Source of the DNA: Spirulina sp.
Lineage (GTDB): Bacteria; Cyanobacteriota; Cyanobacteriia; Phormidesmidales; Phormidesmidaceae
Assembly: GCA_044070495.1 (NCBI GenBank)
Contig: JBIPSI010000007.1
Span: 114,499 to 178,498 of the forward strand
Reading direction: 5' to 3'
Length of the DNA: 64,000 nucleotides
Made by a program: the position numbers and the translations under genes. This document shows, one piece after another, positions 29,088 to 38,338 of this stretch. Under the pieces are notes generated by a model that ran no database searches, was not told the DNA's origin, and worked only from the letters and a program-made list of their open reading frames with translations. The first letter of the stretch is position 1. The number at the start of each line of letters is the position of its first letter.

Positions 29088-29620
29088 TCAATCCTCTGGG
29101 CTGTTGGCCCCTTCATTCGATTCTTGATCCAACACCTGCTGATACTCCTCAAGCTGCGCCAGGGCCAGGGCTATTGCTTGTCGGTGGTCGTCGGTGGGGT
29201 CGAGTTGATACCGGATTTGCGCCGCAAGGCATCGTACTTGGAGTCGATCTCGTCGAGTTTCTCGTTCACGCGCCTCTGCCTCTCTTTCCGCTGCTTCGCG
29301 ATCTCGTCGAGCCTCGCGTTCTCTTGCTTCAGCCTCGCGTTCTCTTGCTTCAGCCAGGCGGTTTGTTTCTCGTTCGCGAAGCGTGTCTTTAGACAATTTC
29401 GACGGTTCCACTCAACGCCGAAATTAACCAATGTAGCCAGGAGGGCTGCCACGGTGAATCGGTTACTCCAGAGTCGGGGGTTGGCGATAAATCCGAGGAG
29501 GGGGAAATCTTGGACATCGTAGAACCGCAGAAAGGCAATGGCGAGGGTGAGCACGGCCAGGGTGGTGGCAGGCAGCAGCGATAGAAAATTCAGCCAAACT
29601 TGGGGGTTGAATAGTCCCAT
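29088..29620 (-). pseudogene. membrane + coiled-coil protein gene frameshifted by a 23-bp insertion
   Basis: Removing 29373-29395 joins the two overlapping ORFs into one 169-aa frame (EWNRRN-RETNRLAEA). Confidence 0.75.
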
Positions 29621-29744
29621 TTTAGCGGAGGTGTTTTGCTGCCCCATTGTACTCACCCCACAGAACCGCGTTTTGGGGCCTGGGTCGCCTGTAATGTGGA
29701 TGGGGGCGTACCTAGAGGTTGGGGGACTACCGACCAAAGTTAGC

Positions 29745-29822
29745 GATCCCCCTAAATCCCCCTTAAAAAGGGGGACTTTGAAGCGGACTCAGACCCCCCT
29801 TTTTAAGGGGGGCAGGGGGGAT
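29745..29822. repeat. CCCCCTT/AAGGGGG double-hairpin repeat module
   Basis: ATCCCCCTAAATCCCCCTTAAAAAGGGGGACTTT...; related copies at 59661-59779 and inside 33630-33774. Confidence 0.85.
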
Positions 29823-29910
29823 ACCCCAACCGTGGCATATGCCCTCGTGGGTGGGCTAACCCAGAAACCGGGTTTTTCGTCATACTGTAGCGAGGCTCTA
29901 GACTAGGGCT

Positions 29911-30900
29911 GTGACTACCGATCCTAGAAATAACGCTTCTGTGACTTCCGACTCCTTCGATTCCTTTGACCCGCTGAGTTTTAGCACCATCCCCACGCCG
30001 CCGGAGGGGTTCAAATCGGGCTTTGTGGGCATTGTGGGGCGGCCCAATGTGGGCAAATCGACCCTGATGAACGCCCTGGTGGGACAAAAGGTGGCGATTA
30101 CCTCCCCCACGGCGCAAACCACCCGCAACCGTCTGCGGGGCATTCTGTCTAACGACCAGGCCCAAATTATTTTTGTGGACACCCCCGGCATCCACAAGCC
30201 CCACCATGAGTTAGGCAAAATTCTGGTCAAAAACGCCCGCATGGCCATCGATGCCGTGGATGCCACCCTGTTTGTGGTGGATGGCAGCGTGGCGGCGGGC
30301 CGGGGAGATGAGTTTGTCGCTTCCCTACTGGCCCCCAGTGCGGTGCCCGTGATTTTGGGCCTCAATAAAATCGACCAGCAGCCCGCCGAAGAGGCCGAAG
30401 CCATCGATGCCAGCTACCAGGCCATGGCCGATACCCACGGTTGGCCCCTGGTGAAGTTTTCCGCCCTCCACGAGCAGCAGCTCGATACCCTGCTGCAAAC
30501 CCTGATCGAACGCCTCGACCCTGGCCCCTACTACTACCCCCCCGACCTGGTGACCGACCAGCCAGAGCGGTTCATCATGGGCGAACTGATCCGCGAACAA
30601 ATTCTGCTCCACACCCGCGAAGAGGTGCCCCACTCTGTCGCCATCGCCATCGACCGAGTGGAGGAGGACACCACCATCACCCGCATCCTCGCCACCATCC
30701 ACGTCGAGCGCGACTCCCAAAAGGGCATTTTGATTGGCAAGCGGGGCAGTATGCTGAAAACCATCGGCTCCGAGGCCCGCCAGCAAATCCAAAAGCTGGT
30801 GATGGGACAGGTTTACCTAGAACTGTTCGTCAAAGTGGTGCCCAAGTGGCGACAATCCCGCAGCCGCCTGGAAGACTTTGGCTATCGCGTGGAGGAGTAG
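29911..30900 (+). CDS. era: GTPase Era
   Basis: GRPNVGKS, QTTR, DTPG, NKID, KH domain with QKGILIGK. Confidence 0.96.
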   Translation: MTTDPRNNASVTSDSFDSFDPLSFSTIPTPPEGFKSGFVGIVGRPNVGKSTLMNALVGQKVAITSPTAQTTRNRLRGILSNDQAQIIFVDTPGIHKPHHELGKILVKNARMAIDAVDATLFVVDGSVAAGRGDEFVASLLAPSAVPVILGLNKIDQQPAEEAEAIDASYQAMADTHGWPLVKFSALHEQQLDTLLQTLIERLDPGPYYYPPDLVTDQPERFIMGELIREQILLHTREEVPHSVAIAIDRVEEDTTITRILATIHVERDSQKGILIGKRGSMLKTIGSEARQQIQKLVMGQVYLELFVKVVPKWRQSRSRLEDFGYRVEE

Positions 30901-30903
30901 CCC

Positions 30904-31641
30904 ATGGTGCCCCCCGCCCCGCCGCCCCCGGCTCTGCTCACCCAGGTGGCGCGACTATTTCCAGAGGCGCTGTTCTATGCCCCCACCCAGCAGCGCCAGA
31001 TTGCCCTCACCATCGACGACATCCCCACACCGGGCGACCAAGACGACGCCTCCACCCGCCTCATCCTCGCCGCCCTAGAGAGCTATAACCGCACCGCCAA
31101 ACACCCTGTGCGGGCCACCTTTTTTGTGATTACTGACCACCTCAATCCGGGCAGCACCATCCTGACCGACATCCTGGCGGCGGGCCACGAAATCGCCAAC
31201 CACGGCACCACCGACACCACCCCAGCCATCCTCCAACCCGCCGAGTTTGAACGCCACTTCCGCGAAGCCCACGACCTGATCACCGACACCACCCAGCAGC
31301 CGATCCGCTGGTACCGCCCTGGGCGCGGCTTCTATAACCGGGCCATGGTGGAACACCTGAAGCTCACTCCAGGCTACGAATCCCTCGTCGCCCTCGCCTC
31401 CATGGTGCCCTTCGACACCTTCCAGCCCCTCAGCACCCCTACCCTCAACAAATGGTACCTATCGCGGTTCATCTTTCCGGGAGCGATTTTTGTCATGCAC
31501 GGCGGGTCGATGGAACGCTGTCTGCAAACCGCCCAAGCCCTACCGCCCCTGCTCAAACTCATGGAACGCCAGGGCTACCAAGTCGGCACCCTCTCCGCCC
31601 TCTACGACAACCTCGTCGCCGAGTCGCCTCCATCCCAGTGA
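30904..31641 (+). CDS. polysaccharide deacetylase (NodB-like)
   Basis: ALTIDD, ATFF, HEIANH, WYRP, VMHG. Confidence 0.85.
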   Translation: MVPPAPPPPALLTQVARLFPEALFYAPTQQRQIALTIDDIPTPGDQDDASTRLILAALESYNRTAKHPVRATFFVITDHLNPGSTILTDILAAGHEIANHGTTDTTPAILQPAEFERHFREAHDLITDTTQQPIRWYRPGRGFYNRAMVEHLKLTPGYESLVALASMVPFDTFQPLSTPTLNKWYLSRFIFPGAIFVMHGGSMERCLQTAQALPPLLKLMERQGYQVGTLSALYDNLVAESPPSQ

Positions 31642-31703
31642 CGCAACATGGCTCAGTCTTCTGCCCCTAGCCCTGTCCTTAAAAGCATAGAAAAACTCAG
31701 TTA

Positions 31704-31883
31704 ACCTGAGTTCGGGATAAAACAAACGCTGCAATCTTGGGAAACCTGCTTCCAGCTTGCACCTCAGCCCTCACCCTAAATCCCTCTCCCTACGGGAGAG
31801 GGACTTTGAACCTTCTAGCTCCCCTCTCCTCCCTGGGAGAGGGGCTGGGGGTGAGGGCCACTATGTTTAACCCGAACTGAGGT
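31704..31883. mobile_element. MITE family D (TA target) with CCCTCTCCC cargo
   Basis: Ends ACCTGAGTTCGGGATAAA / TTTAACCCGAACTGAGGT flanked by TA; module at 31767-31858. Confidence 0.8.
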
Positions 31884-31982
31884 TAAGTTAACTATTAATG
31901 TTTCGTTAGATATGGCTATTTTTGGAGGCAGGTAGCGGTTGAATGAGACTAACCACCTACGCCATTCCCATGGGCTATCTCT

Positions 31983-33140
31983 ATGAAACCTAAATTGCTG
32001 CTGATGGCCATGGTGTTGCTGCTGACAGCGTGCGATGGCTTAGAGGCAAGGCAAGGGGCAGATTCCCCTGTTGCAGAGGCAGGAGAGAAGGGTACCCTCT
32101 CAACGCCCGAATCTAGCGGCCACAGTGCGATCCGCAACGATCCGGAGTCTACCCAGATCGATCAGTGGATGGCGCAGGATGAACCTGGCCCCGGCGGGGT
32201 GGTGATGGTGGTTCAGTCTGGCGAGATTGTTCATCAACAGGGCTATGGGCTGGCCGATGTGGATCAGGGCATTCCCATCACCCCAGAGACCCGGTTCCAT
32301 CTCGGCTCCGTGGGTAAGCAGTTTACCGCCATGGGCGTGTTGATGCTGGTGGATCAAGGACAAGTGGCCTTGGATGACCCGATCAGCGCCCACATTCCTG
32401 AGTTGGATTGGATGGATGAGGGGGTGACGGTGCGCCGCCTGCTGCACCATACCTCTGGCGTGATGGGATACGACGATAGCGACGACATCTATGATGCGCT
32501 GCTGAACTCGTCTTCCACCCCTGGCAACGAGGATGTGGTGACGGCCATCTCGCAATTCCAAGAGATGTTGTTTGATCCGGGCGAGGAGTTCCATTACAGC
32601 AACACGGGCTACGACCTGCTAGGCCTGCTGATTGAGCGTATCTCCGGCCAAACCTATGGCCAATTTATGGAGGACTCCATCTTTGCGCCCCTAGGCATGA
32701 GAAATACCTTTGCCCTGCCCAGCGACGAGCGTTTTGGCCCATCGGTGGCCCAGAGCTATGACGCAGATGGCCCCTACGAACCGGATATTTTGGACAACGT
32801 GAATGGCTCCGGCAGCCTCTATTCCACCCTGGGCGACCTGTATCTATACAATCAGGCCTGGTCTACCGAAACCCTAGTGAGTCAGGACTTGCTGGCGGAG
32901 ATGGTGACGTCAGGAACCCTGCGCAATGGCGAGGAAACCGACTATGGCTTTGGGGTTGAGGTCTATACCTACGGTGACTATGACTATGTGGCCCATCAAG
33001 GGGCTTGGCTGGGTTTTGACAGCTACTATCTACGTTTTCCTGAGGAAAGCCTGACTATCGTGGTGCTGCTCAACCTAGACTATGCCGAGCAGGATGCGGA
33101 AACGATGGCGTTTGCGATTGCCGATTTGTATTTACCCTAA
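31983..33140 (+). CDS. beta-lactamase-family serine hydrolase lipoprotein
   Basis: Lipobox LTAC, SVGK (SxxK), LLHHTSG, YSN, HQG. Confidence 0.9.
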   Translation: MKPKLLLMAMVLLLTACDGLEARQGADSPVAEAGEKGTLSTPESSGHSAIRNDPESTQIDQWMAQDEPGPGGVVMVVQSGEIVHQQGYGLADVDQGIPITPETRFHLGSVGKQFTAMGVLMLVDQGQVALDDPISAHIPELDWMDEGVTVRRLLHHTSGVMGYDDSDDIYDALLNSSSTPGNEDVVTAISQFQEMLFDPGEEFHYSNTGYDLLGLLIERISGQTYGQFMEDSIFAPLGMRNTFALPSDERFGPSVAQSYDADGPYEPDILDNVNGSGSLYSTLGDLYLYNQAWSTETLVSQDLLAEMVTSGTLRNGEETDYGFGVEVYTYGDYDYVAHQGAWLGFDSYYLRFPEESLTIVVLLNLDYAEQDAETMAFAIADLYLP

Positions 33141-33201
33141 GAGGATACAGCCGCTCCAGCCTCGACTTCGGGGGCAGCGCCTCCTTACCCAGGGGAGCAG
33201 G

Positions 33202-33609
33202 TTAGTCGCCCTGGGTGGGGGATTCGCGCATAGTGACCGTCCCCGTATCCACGGCTTGGCCATCGCGGGAGAGGGTGCAGGTATCGCTACCGTTGGGGAT
33301 AAACAACTCCCACTGATTCTCGCCCAGAACATTGCTGTAGGTGTGGCCTTCGGGGTTGGGTTCTCGCTTTACCTCGGTGTTGAGAAAGACGACACGATCT
33401 GCGCGGTAATAGAGCCGCATAGTGAGCGGGCTACCCGATTCAGGATCGCCGGGATAGTAGATGTTAATGGCGTAGGCATCACCGTCGCAGTAGGCAATGC
33501 TGAAATCGGCCTGGGCAGGGCGTTCTATTAGGCTCAGGCTAGCCAAGGTGCCAGCGGCCACGGCAATGCCTAGGGAAACAGGTTTTAACCAAGATTTGAG
33601 GGACAGCAT
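33202..33609 (-). CDS. secreted hypothetical protein
   Basis: Signal peptide ending PAQA; GGAG RBS. Confidence 0.7.
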   Translation of the reverse strand: MLSLKSWLKPVSLGIAVAAGTLASLSLIERPAQADFSIAYCDGDAYAINIYYPGDPESGSPLTMRLYYRADRVVFLNTEVKREPNPEGHTYSNVLGENQWELFIPNGSDTCTLSRDGQAVDTGTVTMRESPTQGD

Positions 33610-33629
33610 ATCATCTCCAAAATAATATA

Positions 33630-33774
33630 TAGCGGTTCTCGGTTCAGTGAGGTACAGCTTTTGGGGCTTCAGATCCCCCCAGGTTCTATCTGTAGTCGGT
33701 TCATCTTGTACCCCCCTTATTAAGGGGGGATGGGGGGATCTTCACGGTGCACCTCATTCTAGGGAAATTCGCTA
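33630..33774. mobile_element. degenerate TA-flanked MITE with CCCCCTT cargo
   Basis: TAGCG...TGAGGTACA / TGCACCTCA...CGCTA imperfect TIRs, TA on both sides. Confidence 0.6.
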
Positions 33775-34001
33775 TAGATGTTTCAAATGTGAGCATTAAA
33801 CCAGATCCCAGGGGTCTAGTTCTAATCAGGCACGTCTTGAGAGAAACCCCACGGCAAACTCCTGGGATCTTTGGTAACCACGGACTTGACCCTTAAGGGC
33901 ACATGAACCGACCGTTAATGGTGTTGAAAATCGCACCACCGAGGATGCCCTTTCGCCGTCCGTAGGGGTGGCTGGCTGCGATTACAGGTGAATGCTGGGC
34001 A

Positions 34002-34259
34002 GTGTCCACCCTACTTGAGGAAAAACTTGATTTCGATGACTCCTTTGAAAGCTTACTAGATCGATTAGCCGTAATGAAGGTCGATTTTATCCCGATTAAC
34101 ATTGCTCATCTAGAAGCCTATATCAACTTACCTGTTCTGTCCGATCACCGAGATCCCTTTGATAGAATTCTGATTTCTCAAGCGACGAGACATAATCTAA
34201 ATTTAGTGAGTGCAGATACAGCCTTTGATGCCTATCCTATTCGGCGGGTATGGGAATGA
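34002..34259 (+). pseudogene. C-terminal half of a VapC (PIN) toxin
   Basis: HRDPFDRILISQA...LVSADTAFDAY; no N-terminal LLDT motif or antitoxin upstream. Confidence 0.75.
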
Positions 34260-34421
34260 GTAACGTAGGGTAGATTCGCAAAGTAATGCACCAATCTTAC
34301 CCAGCAGGACATTCGCTGGAGGTGGGTGGTGCATGGCGGCAAAATTGGTGCTTGCCACATGGGCAAAAAAAGTTGGTGCCGCGAATGTACCCTACAGTTT
34401 TGGGGGGGTTCCACGGCGATT

Positions 34422-35450
34422 TCAACAAATGCGAGGCAGTTGATCGCCCACCAGACGATCCAAAATGCGATCACTACCAAAGGCAGTTTTGAGCAGCACA
34501 AACCCCACGGGGTCAGCCACTACTTCACCGATGATGTGGCTATCGGTTCCGGCGGGGTGGGCACGCATGGCGGCAAGAACGGCCTGGGCCTGATCCGGGG
34601 GCACAACGACGACAAGTTTGCCTTCGTTGGCGAGGTACAGCGGGTCAAGACCCAGTAGTTCGCAAAGTCCCTGAACGGCGGGCCGCACGGGCAGGGCGCT
34701 TTCCTGCAAACGAAGGCCCACCTGGGAGCTAACGGCAAATTCATTCAAGACTGTAGCCAGCCCGCCGCGAGTGGCATCGCGCATGGCCCGCACCTGGGGG
34801 CAGACCTTCAGAATCTCGGAGACCAGACCATTCAGGGGTTGGCAGTCGCTTTCGATGGGGCTTTCTAGGGCTAGATCCGCCCGCGCTACGGTAATCGCTG
34901 CCCCGTGGTCGCCTAGGAACCCATTCACCAGCACGATGTCCCCCGGCTGTAGCCGATCCGCTGAGGGAGCAATTCCCTCCGGCACCCGCCCCACCCCAGC
35001 GGTGTTGATAAACAGCTTGTCGGCGCTGCCCCTGGGCACCACCTTAGTGTCTCCGGTAACGATCTTCACCCCCGCCGCCGCCGCCGCCTGGGCCATACTT
35101 TCCACCACCCGCCGCAGGGTGTCTATAGGCAACCCTTCTTCCAGAATGAAACCACAGGTGAGGTAGAGGGGGGTTGCGCCTCCCACGGCCAGGTCGTTGA
35201 CGGTGCCGTTGACGGCCAAGGCTCCAATGTCGCTGCCGGGGAAAAAGAGCGGATCCACCACGTAGGAATCTGTGGTTAAGGCCAGCCGTCCCCCCGGCCA
35301 ATCCATCACCGCCTGGTCGTTCAGGGGAGCTAGCAGAGCATTGTCAAACCGCCGCACAAACACCTCGGCCACCAAATCGGCCATGGCCTTGCCGCCGCTG
35401 CCGTGGGCCAGGGTAATGCAAGTTTCCCGCTGTGTTTTTGCCAAACCCAT
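34422..35450 (-). CDS. hypE: hydrogenase maturation protein HypE
   Basis: LAHGSGG, TTDSYVV, DATRGG, ANEGK, C-terminal LPRIC. Confidence 0.96.
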   Translation of the reverse strand: MGLAKTQRETCITLAHGSGGKAMADLVAEVFVRRFDNALLAPLNDQAVMDWPGGRLALTTDSYVVDPLFFPGSDIGALAVNGTVNDLAVGGATPLYLTCGFILEEGLPIDTLRRVVESMAQAAAAAGVKIVTGDTKVVPRGSADKLFINTAGVGRVPEGIAPSADRLQPGDIVLVNGFLGDHGAAITVARADLALESPIESDCQPLNGLVSEILKVCPQVRAMRDATRGGLATVLNEFAVSSQVGLRLQESALPVRPAVQGLCELLGLDPLYLANEGKLVVVVPPDQAQAVLAAMRAHPAGTDSHIIGEVVADPVGFVLLKTAFGSDRILDRLVGDQLPRIC

Positions 35451-35663
35451 CTAGCCCCAATCCGTACGACGTAAGTTTTAGCATGGCAAGCTGTTTGCCG
35501 CTATCGGCCAATTCCTGGGCGTTTCTTAAGATTTTTCGGCCCCTTGCCGGTCTGGCAAACGCACGGCGGTGTTCCCCTACCCGCAATTGAATCCCTTGGG
35601 CGCATGGCGATGCGCCCCTACGGCATGGGGGATAATGCTGGTGTCTGTGTTTGCCCTTGGTTT

Positions 35664-36209
35664 ATGAACCTACCCACCTGGATTACCGTGTCGCGCCTGC
35701 TGGGGGTGCCGTTGATTTTGATGTTGCTCATCCAGCCCACCCCCTACGAACGGTGGATTGCGGCGGGGATTTTTTTGCTGGCGGCGGGAACAGACTGGCT
35801 GGATGGCTACCTAGCCCGCAAGCTGGATCAGGTGACGGAGTTGGGGAAATTTCTCGACCCGCTGGTAGATAAGCTGCTGGTATTGGCTCCGCTGCTGGTG
35901 TTGGTGGAACTCAATCAGGTGCCCGCCTGGGGGGTGTTTTTAATTGTGGCCCGCGAAATCACCATTGCCGGATGGCGGGTAAATCCAGCAATGCAGAGCG
36001 GTGGGGTGCCGGGGGCCAACCTCTGGGGCAAAGCCAAAACCGTGGTGCAGATTGCCGCAATTACGGCCCTAATTGCGCCCCTACCGGAGGCGTTTGTGCT
36101 GCCGAGCCAGATCCTCTTTTGGCTAGCGGTGGCCCTCACCTTGGTGTCGGGTCTGTTATATCTACTGCCTGCCCTGCGTGCTCCCAACGATGGCCTAGAC
36201 ACGCCGTGA
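35664..36209 (+). CDS. pgsA: CDP-diacylglycerol--glycerol-3-phosphate phosphatidyltransferase
   Basis: DWLDGYLAR...GKFLDPLVDK, GKAKT. Confidence 0.93.
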   Translation: MNLPTWITVSRLLGVPLILMLLIQPTPYERWIAAGIFLLAAGTDWLDGYLARKLDQVTELGKFLDPLVDKLLVLAPLLVLVELNQVPAWGVFLIVAREITIAGWRVNPAMQSGGVPGANLWGKAKTVVQIAAITALIAPLPEAFVLPSQILFWLAVALTLVSGLLYLLPALRAPNDGLDTP

Positions 36210-36238
36210 TCTTTGTAGGCAGGTACCCTTTCATCTAA

Positions 36239-36360
36239 GAGGGCGTTTTGCTTCAGGTGCGGTTGGTCGCTAGATCGGTGCAAATCTACGGGATTTTTGA
36301 CGACTGAGGCTGACCTCATCGGTATAACTTGGGACACGCTTCAGCCTTTCAAACATCCTC
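36239..36360. mobile_element. MITE family C, second copy (inverted, one end partly deleted)
   Basis: Reverse complement matches 20124-20254; TAA duplicated on both sides. Confidence 0.85.
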
Positions 36361-36475
36361 TAAACGGGCTTTGGCTCCGACATTCCGCAGGTTGACCAAT
36401 AATTTTCGACTTTTATTGGTATAACAGCCAAACAAATTTTTAGCTGGTTAAAAATGAAAGCAGAGTGAATAATCG

Positions 36476-36605
36476 CTGGTTGACTGACAAAACTTGCGAG
36501 AACCCAGATCCGCCAAGAGGTCAGGAGACCTGACCCCTACATTATCCAAATCTTGTAGGGGCGCGGTTTCCGCGTCCGACGCAGGATCTTTTGTCAGTCA
36601 ACCAG
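36476..36605. mobile_element. MITE family A, second copy (inverted)
   Basis: 17-bp TIRs; perfect 9-bp duplication GAATAATCG (36467-36475, 36606-36614). Confidence 0.9.
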
Positions 36606-36638
36606 GAATAATCGTGTTTCGAGAATCCCATCCTACTG

Positions 36639-36821
36639 ATGAAAATTAATATAGAAATTGACGAATCTCTCATGGCCGATGCCCTGCAAGCCACTGGCCT
36701 AACCGCAACCGATCAGGTCATTGAGCTAGCCCTAACCCTACTCATTCAAATGAAGCGCCAAGAAGACATCAGAGCTTTTCGTGGCAAGCTCTTCTGGGAT
36801 GGCGGTCTGACAGCAGGCTAG
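36639..36821 (+). CDS. orphan VapB-type antitoxin
   Basis: MKINIEIDESLM...RGKLFWDG; no toxin gene follows. Confidence 0.7.
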   Translation: MKINIEIDESLMADALQATGLTATDQVIELALTLLIQMKRQEDIRAFRGKLFWDGGLTAG

Positions 36822-36881
36822 TACATTGGGTGGGGCAAAGACCCAGTGCTACAGTAATGCAAGCCTTTGATCGACACCGCC

Positions 36882-38285
36882 ATGGCATTTTCCATTGATG
36901 ACGCGACAGCCCGTTTAGATGAACTTTGCGCCACCTGGGGCAAGCGGGTAGATTATCTGGCGATTCGCCTCGAACAGTCGGAGGGTACGGATATCTTTTT
37001 GCGGGGCGGCACCATCGAAACCCTGAGCGAGGGCATGGCCATCGGGGGCCATGTTCGGGCCTGCTACAAGGGCGGTTGGGGCTTTGCCAGCTTTAATGAT
37101 TTAGCCGAATTGGCCACCCAGGTGGAGGAAGCGGTGGCGGCGGCGCGACTGGTGGGGCAAGACGAAACCCTGCTGGCTCCCATTGATCCGGTGCAGGTGG
37201 TGCAGCGCCTCCCCCTCGCGGGCACCGACCCGCGCCATATTCCCCTAGTTCACAAGAAAGATCTCTGCCGTCACTATGCGGATCTGCTGCAAAGCATTGA
37301 CGACCGCATCACCACCTCCTCCGTGCGCTATAGCGACACCACTCAGCGCGTGCTGCTGGTCACCTCCGAGGGTAGCCACATTGATCAGTCTTGGTCGGAT
37401 ATGGAGATGCGCTTTGCCGCCACCGCCCGCGATGCCGACAGGGTGCAGACAGGGCGAGAAACCACGGGTTCCCGCCGCGCCTACGAGGATCTAGAGGGGT
37501 TGGATCAACAGGTGATGGACTCCGCCCGGCGTGCGATTGCCGCCCTGGATCTGCCCACCGTGCGCGGATCCGCCTACGAAGTAGTGATCGACCCGATTTT
37601 GACCGGGCTGTTTGTCCACGAAGCCTTTGGCCACCTCTCCGAGGCCGACATGGCCTACGAAAACCCTGACCTCCTGGAGGCCATGAGCATGGGCCGCCGC
37701 TTTGGCCCAGAGGCGCTGCAAATCTTTGATGGGGCCGCTCCCCAGGGCCATCGAGGCAGCTATTTCTACGACGACGAAGGCACCCCCGCCACCACCACCC
37801 AACTGATCCAAGATGGCGTGCTGGTGGGGCGGCTGCATTCCCGCGAAACCGCAGGCAAGCTAGGGGAAGCTCCTACCGGAAACGCCCGCTGCCTGAACTA
37901 CCACTACTCACCCCTAGTGCGGATGACCAACACCTGGATTGAGCGCGGCACCACCCCCGTCAACGATCTCTTTGCCGACATCAAGGAAGGGGTCTACGCC
38001 CGCAACTGGCTGGAGGGCATGACCAACGGCGAAATGTTCACCTTCACCGCCGGAGAAGCCTGGATGATTCGCAACGGCGAACTGGCGGAACCCGTGCGGG
38101 ATGTCACCCTGTCGGGCAACGTGTTTCGCACCCTGGCCGACATTGTGGCCATCGGCGACGATTTCTACTGGGACGAGTCGGGCGGCTGCGGCAAGGGAGG
38201 CCAAAACGGCTTGCCTGTAGGCTGCGGTGGCCCCAGTCTGCGGATTAAAAACGTCGTTGTGGGCGGCGAAGCTGAAGATTGGTAG
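36882..38285 (+). CDS. tldD: TldD metalloprotease
   Basis: HEAFGH..EAD, DDEG, TGNAR, RMTNT, GCGKGGQ. Confidence 0.92.
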   Translation: MAFSIDDATARLDELCATWGKRVDYLAIRLEQSEGTDIFLRGGTIETLSEGMAIGGHVRACYKGGWGFASFNDLAELATQVEEAVAAARLVGQDETLLAPIDPVQVVQRLPLAGTDPRHIPLVHKKDLCRHYADLLQSIDDRITTSSVRYSDTTQRVLLVTSEGSHIDQSWSDMEMRFAATARDADRVQTGRETTGSRRAYEDLEGLDQQVMDSARRAIAALDLPTVRGSAYEVVIDPILTGLFVHEAFGHLSEADMAYENPDLLEAMSMGRRFGPEALQIFDGAAPQGHRGSYFYDDEGTPATTTQLIQDGVLVGRLHSRETAGKLGEAPTGNARCLNYHYSPLVRMTNTWIERGTTPVNDLFADIKEGVYARNWLEGMTNGEMFTFTAGEAWMIRNGELAEPVRDVTLSGNVFRTLADIVAIGDDFYWDESGGCGKGGQNGLPVGCGGPSLRIKNVVVGGEAEDW

Positions 38286-38291
38286 GCACCC

Positions 38292-38324
38292 AGCCCCCCG
38301 GTTTCTTCAAGAAACCGGGGGGCT
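38292..38324. terminator. hairpin between convergent genes
   Basis: AGCCCCCCGGTTTCTT-C-AAGAAACCGGGGGGCT perfect stem. Confidence 0.65.
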
Positions 38325-38338
38325 CTCTAACGAGTGAC

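Noticed and set aside
29310..29355. 21-bp tandem duplication
   Set aside because: Ordinary in-frame coiled-coil expansion (EAREREA).
20132..36337. Similar ORFs 20132-20317 (+) and 35915-36337 (-) sharing SQVIPMRSASVVKNPVDL
   Set aside because: Translations of MITE family C copies, not genes.
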